A stretch of DNA of 64,000 nt from a virus (taxonomy: Duplodnaviria > Caudoviricetes), in the IMG/VR virus record IMGVR_UViG_3300031992_000012, positions 64,001 to 128,000 of that record; one strand, 5' to 3'. A model generated the notes under the pieces. It made no database searches. It saw only the letters and a list, made by a program, of their open reading frames with translations, and had not been told where the DNA came from. Below, in pieces: positions 61,996-64,000 of this stretch (position 1 is the first letter of the stretch; the number at the start of each line of letters is the position of its first letter). The translations under genes were made by a program, and so were the position numbers.

Positions 61996-64000
61996 ATGAA
62001 TACCACAGCAACAGCGAAACGCTTCTATCAGAACACAACGATGCTGGGCGGCTCACCGTCTGTTCCCGCCGCCATTGAGTTGGAATGTGTTGTCGTGGCG
62101 CAACTGACAGGGACGAACGGCTATGTCCTGAGACGCGCCGAGGGCCCCGTTGTCCCCCAGGGAGGACTTATAATCGGCGTGGACGGTTCTTCGCTCATGC
62201 CTTATGGAACAGGCGTGTCCACGACAGGAGTCCCTTACCCTCCGGGTACAAGGGTCAGGGTCGTGGAAGTCCCTATCGCCGCCGACGCAGGCTCGGTAGG
62301 GCGTTCAGGAGCGTTGCAGATTACCGGCGTGTGCAACGAGTCCCCGGCACCAAATACAAGCTTCTACCCGGTGTGGAAGATGGATGCGGATGGTCTTGAC
62401 ACTAGCGAGTATGACAACGCGCTATTTGGATACGCAGTCGCCGACAAAGTGGATCGACTGCGTGGAAAGCCGAGTGATTTGACCCCTGGAGACTGGGGCG
62501 TGTTCGGCTTTATGAAGAACAATATTTTTGTCGGCGGGTGCAGGACGTCAATTGAGGGGAGCCCCTACGCAGGACTGCACATGTACGCCGACGACTCCAC
62601 AGTGATATTCAACAAGGGTCTCAAGTATGTCGAGGACAGTCCCGCGTCCCGCAGGGCGGAGATACTTGACGTCGACGGCCGCTCCGTCGACATGGAGATG
62701 CTGGCCGACGACTTCATCGACGCCGCAGGCGTCTCAAGGGAAGCTCCAACGACACCTGCCATAGACGAAGCGTTCACCTCCCCGGCTGACACTGAAGTGA
62801 GACTGCCTGGAACGGAACTACCACGCTGGCATGAGGTTAATCTGCGTGGTGGCGCGGTTGGCGGAAAGATTTTACAACGCGTTGGAAAAAGGGAAAGCGA
62901 CACGCTCTCCCCGATAGTCACCGATTTCACAGGCAACGACGGCGTCTTCTATAAAGGTTCGATACACAGCCTTACCTTCTCCCGTTCCTTTGAACTTCCG
63001 CTTCTGGAATACACAAGGGAACTGGACAGCACCGAACCGGAAACGCCGGACGACACAGGGAACTCGCCCGACCCGGCCGGCTCGCTTGATTTCGAGGGGT
63101 ACGCGTCGCTATATGCAGATTTGCTGTATGAGCTTATGCGCGTGCGTTTTGCAGAACGCTACTGGGCGAAGCTGAGAAGACGCACAAAGGAGTGGACAGC
63201 CCTGGGACCCAAGGAAGTAGCGGAAAGAATGGCAAGGGCCATGACGAGAGACGCCCGTCTTCCAAAGATTGAAGACGGCGCCCCGGCCTATCAGGACGAC
63301 CTTGTTCCCGTGACCGACCCGCTTGTCGACGACGACCTGGAAATGCGTCTGGCAAGGCTTGAGTCCTACATTCACCTGTCGCAGACGGGCTCGCTAGTCC
63401 TGTCGGACTCCCGTGGTTCGGAAATAAGGCTGGAAGGGGGCAACATCACGATTTCCCCGGCTGTCGACATGAGGCTTGTCCCGGGACGCGACATGACCGT
63501 TCTCGCCCCACGGACACTGTCCATTACAGGCGGCAACCGTGTCGAGCTTAACGCTGACAGCGGGGAGTTGGACATACACGGAAACAAGAATGTCGTCGTG
63601 TCGGCGGAGGGCGTGCTTACGATGGAATCCCGCGACACGTCGAACGTCGCTTTTGCGGACTATGACAAGAGGAACGCAGGCGGTGGAGGTGTAATCATAC
63701 GTAGCGCGACAGGAACCCATGTCATAGGCGCCAGCGTCAGGCTTGCCGTACAGGGGCCGACGGACCGCGAGGAGGACGGCGTGACGCCTTTCGGCGGCGG
63801 CGCAATCATACTGGACGCCGGCGCATCGCCCCTTTGCCTGATGGGCGACAGCATAAGCGAGCACGCCGACAGGGACATCTGCATAGTGTCCGGCGCCAGC
63901 GGCTCGGGTATTGTAATCAACCCGTCCGGCACGACCGTGGCCGGTGATTCGTTCGTCGCATGCGTTGGCTCCGCCCTGTTCGGCGGTGAGGCCGAGATGC
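61996..64000 (+). CDS. baseplate hub/spike (gp5/VgrG-like), 3'-truncated
   Basis: Translated by hand from ATG 61996 (MNTTATAKRF..YPPGTRV.., DLTPGDW); later beta-helix-like SYIHLSQTGSLVLSDSRGSEIRLEGGNITIS; no stop seen before the window end. Confidence 0.6.
   Translation, partial: MNTTATAKRFYQNTTMLGGSPSVPAAIELECVVVAQLTGTNGYVLRRAEGPVVPQGGLIIGVDGSSLMPYGTGVSTTGVPYPPGTRVRVVEVPIAADAGSVGRSGALQITGVCNESPAPNTSFYPVWKMDADGLDTSEYDNALFGYAVADKVDRLRGKPSDLTPGDWGVFGFMKNNIFVGGCRTSIEGSPYAGLHMYADDSTVIFNKGLKYVEDSPASRRAEILDVDGRSVDMEMLADDFIDAAGVSREAPTTPAIDEAFTSPADTEVRLPGTELPRWHEVNLRGGAVGGKILQRVGKRESDTLSPIVTDFTGNDGVFYKGSIHSLTFSRSFELPLLEYTRELDSTEPETPDDTGNSPDPAGSLDFEGYASLYADLLYELMRVRFAERYWAKLRRRTKEWTALGPKEVAERMARAMTRDARLPKIEDGAPAYQDDLVPVTDPLVDDDLEMRLARLESYIHLSQTGSLVLSDSRGSEIRLEGGNITISPAVDMRLVPGRDMTVLAPRTLSITGGNRVELNADSGELDIHGNKNVVVSAEGVLTMESRDTSNVAFADYDKRNAGGGGVIIRSATGTHVIGASVRLAVQGPTDREEDGVTPFGGGAIILDAGASPLCLMGDSISEHADRDICIVSGASGSGIVINPSGTTVAGDSFVACVGSALFGGEAEM
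62868..62890. repeat. dispersed palindrome, copy 6
   Basis: GATTTTACAACGCGTTGGAAAAA inside a CDS. Confidence 0.8.

Noticed and set aside
1-64000. Many minus-strand and alternate-frame ORFs in the track
   Set aside because: They are shadows of + strand genes in GC-rich DNA, with no RBS, coupling or recognisable motifs.
1-64000. Stop-codon recoding (TAG read-through), e.g. in-frame TAG at 26958 just before ORF 26968
   Set aside because: Long conserved genes are uninterrupted under the standard code, and ORF 26968 has its own RBS and leader.

Overview
A GC-rich segment of a large tailed (myovirus-like, jumbo-type) bacteriophage genome. All credible genes lie on the + strand. Positions ~1-40 kb are an accessory region of short, tightly packed genes. 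It holds several tandem paralog families (notably about 12 C2HC zinc-finger proteins), NadD, NADAR, a LigD-phosphoesterase/ATP-dependent ligase fusion, Dam methylase, a DUF2829/Tad2-like domain and two degenerate ABC-ATPase-like proteins. Interleaved islands of genes share N-terminal leader peptides ending in K-x-A (e.g. MIDWxAVKxA). Positions ~40-64 kb are the virion module: a split RNA polymerase beta' C-terminal subunit with a mini-intein, head-core proteins, prohead protease, scaffold, decoration protein, major capsid protein, an atypical tRNA-Met(CAT), neck proteins, tail sheath, tail tube and a truncated baseplate spike gene. The strongest candidate for a new system is a modular capsid-targeting leader plus K-x-A protease-site code that may load enzymes (LysM-transglycosylase, GNAT acetyltransferases, an alpha/beta hydrolase, glycine-zipper membrane proteins) into the virion. 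Other highlights are a dispersed palindrome (core CAACGCGTTG, 6 exact copies plus 1 variant, mostly inside genes) and a repeated promoter-like motif followed by a GTTA-loop hairpin. All function calls come from motif recognition by eye; no database searches were run.
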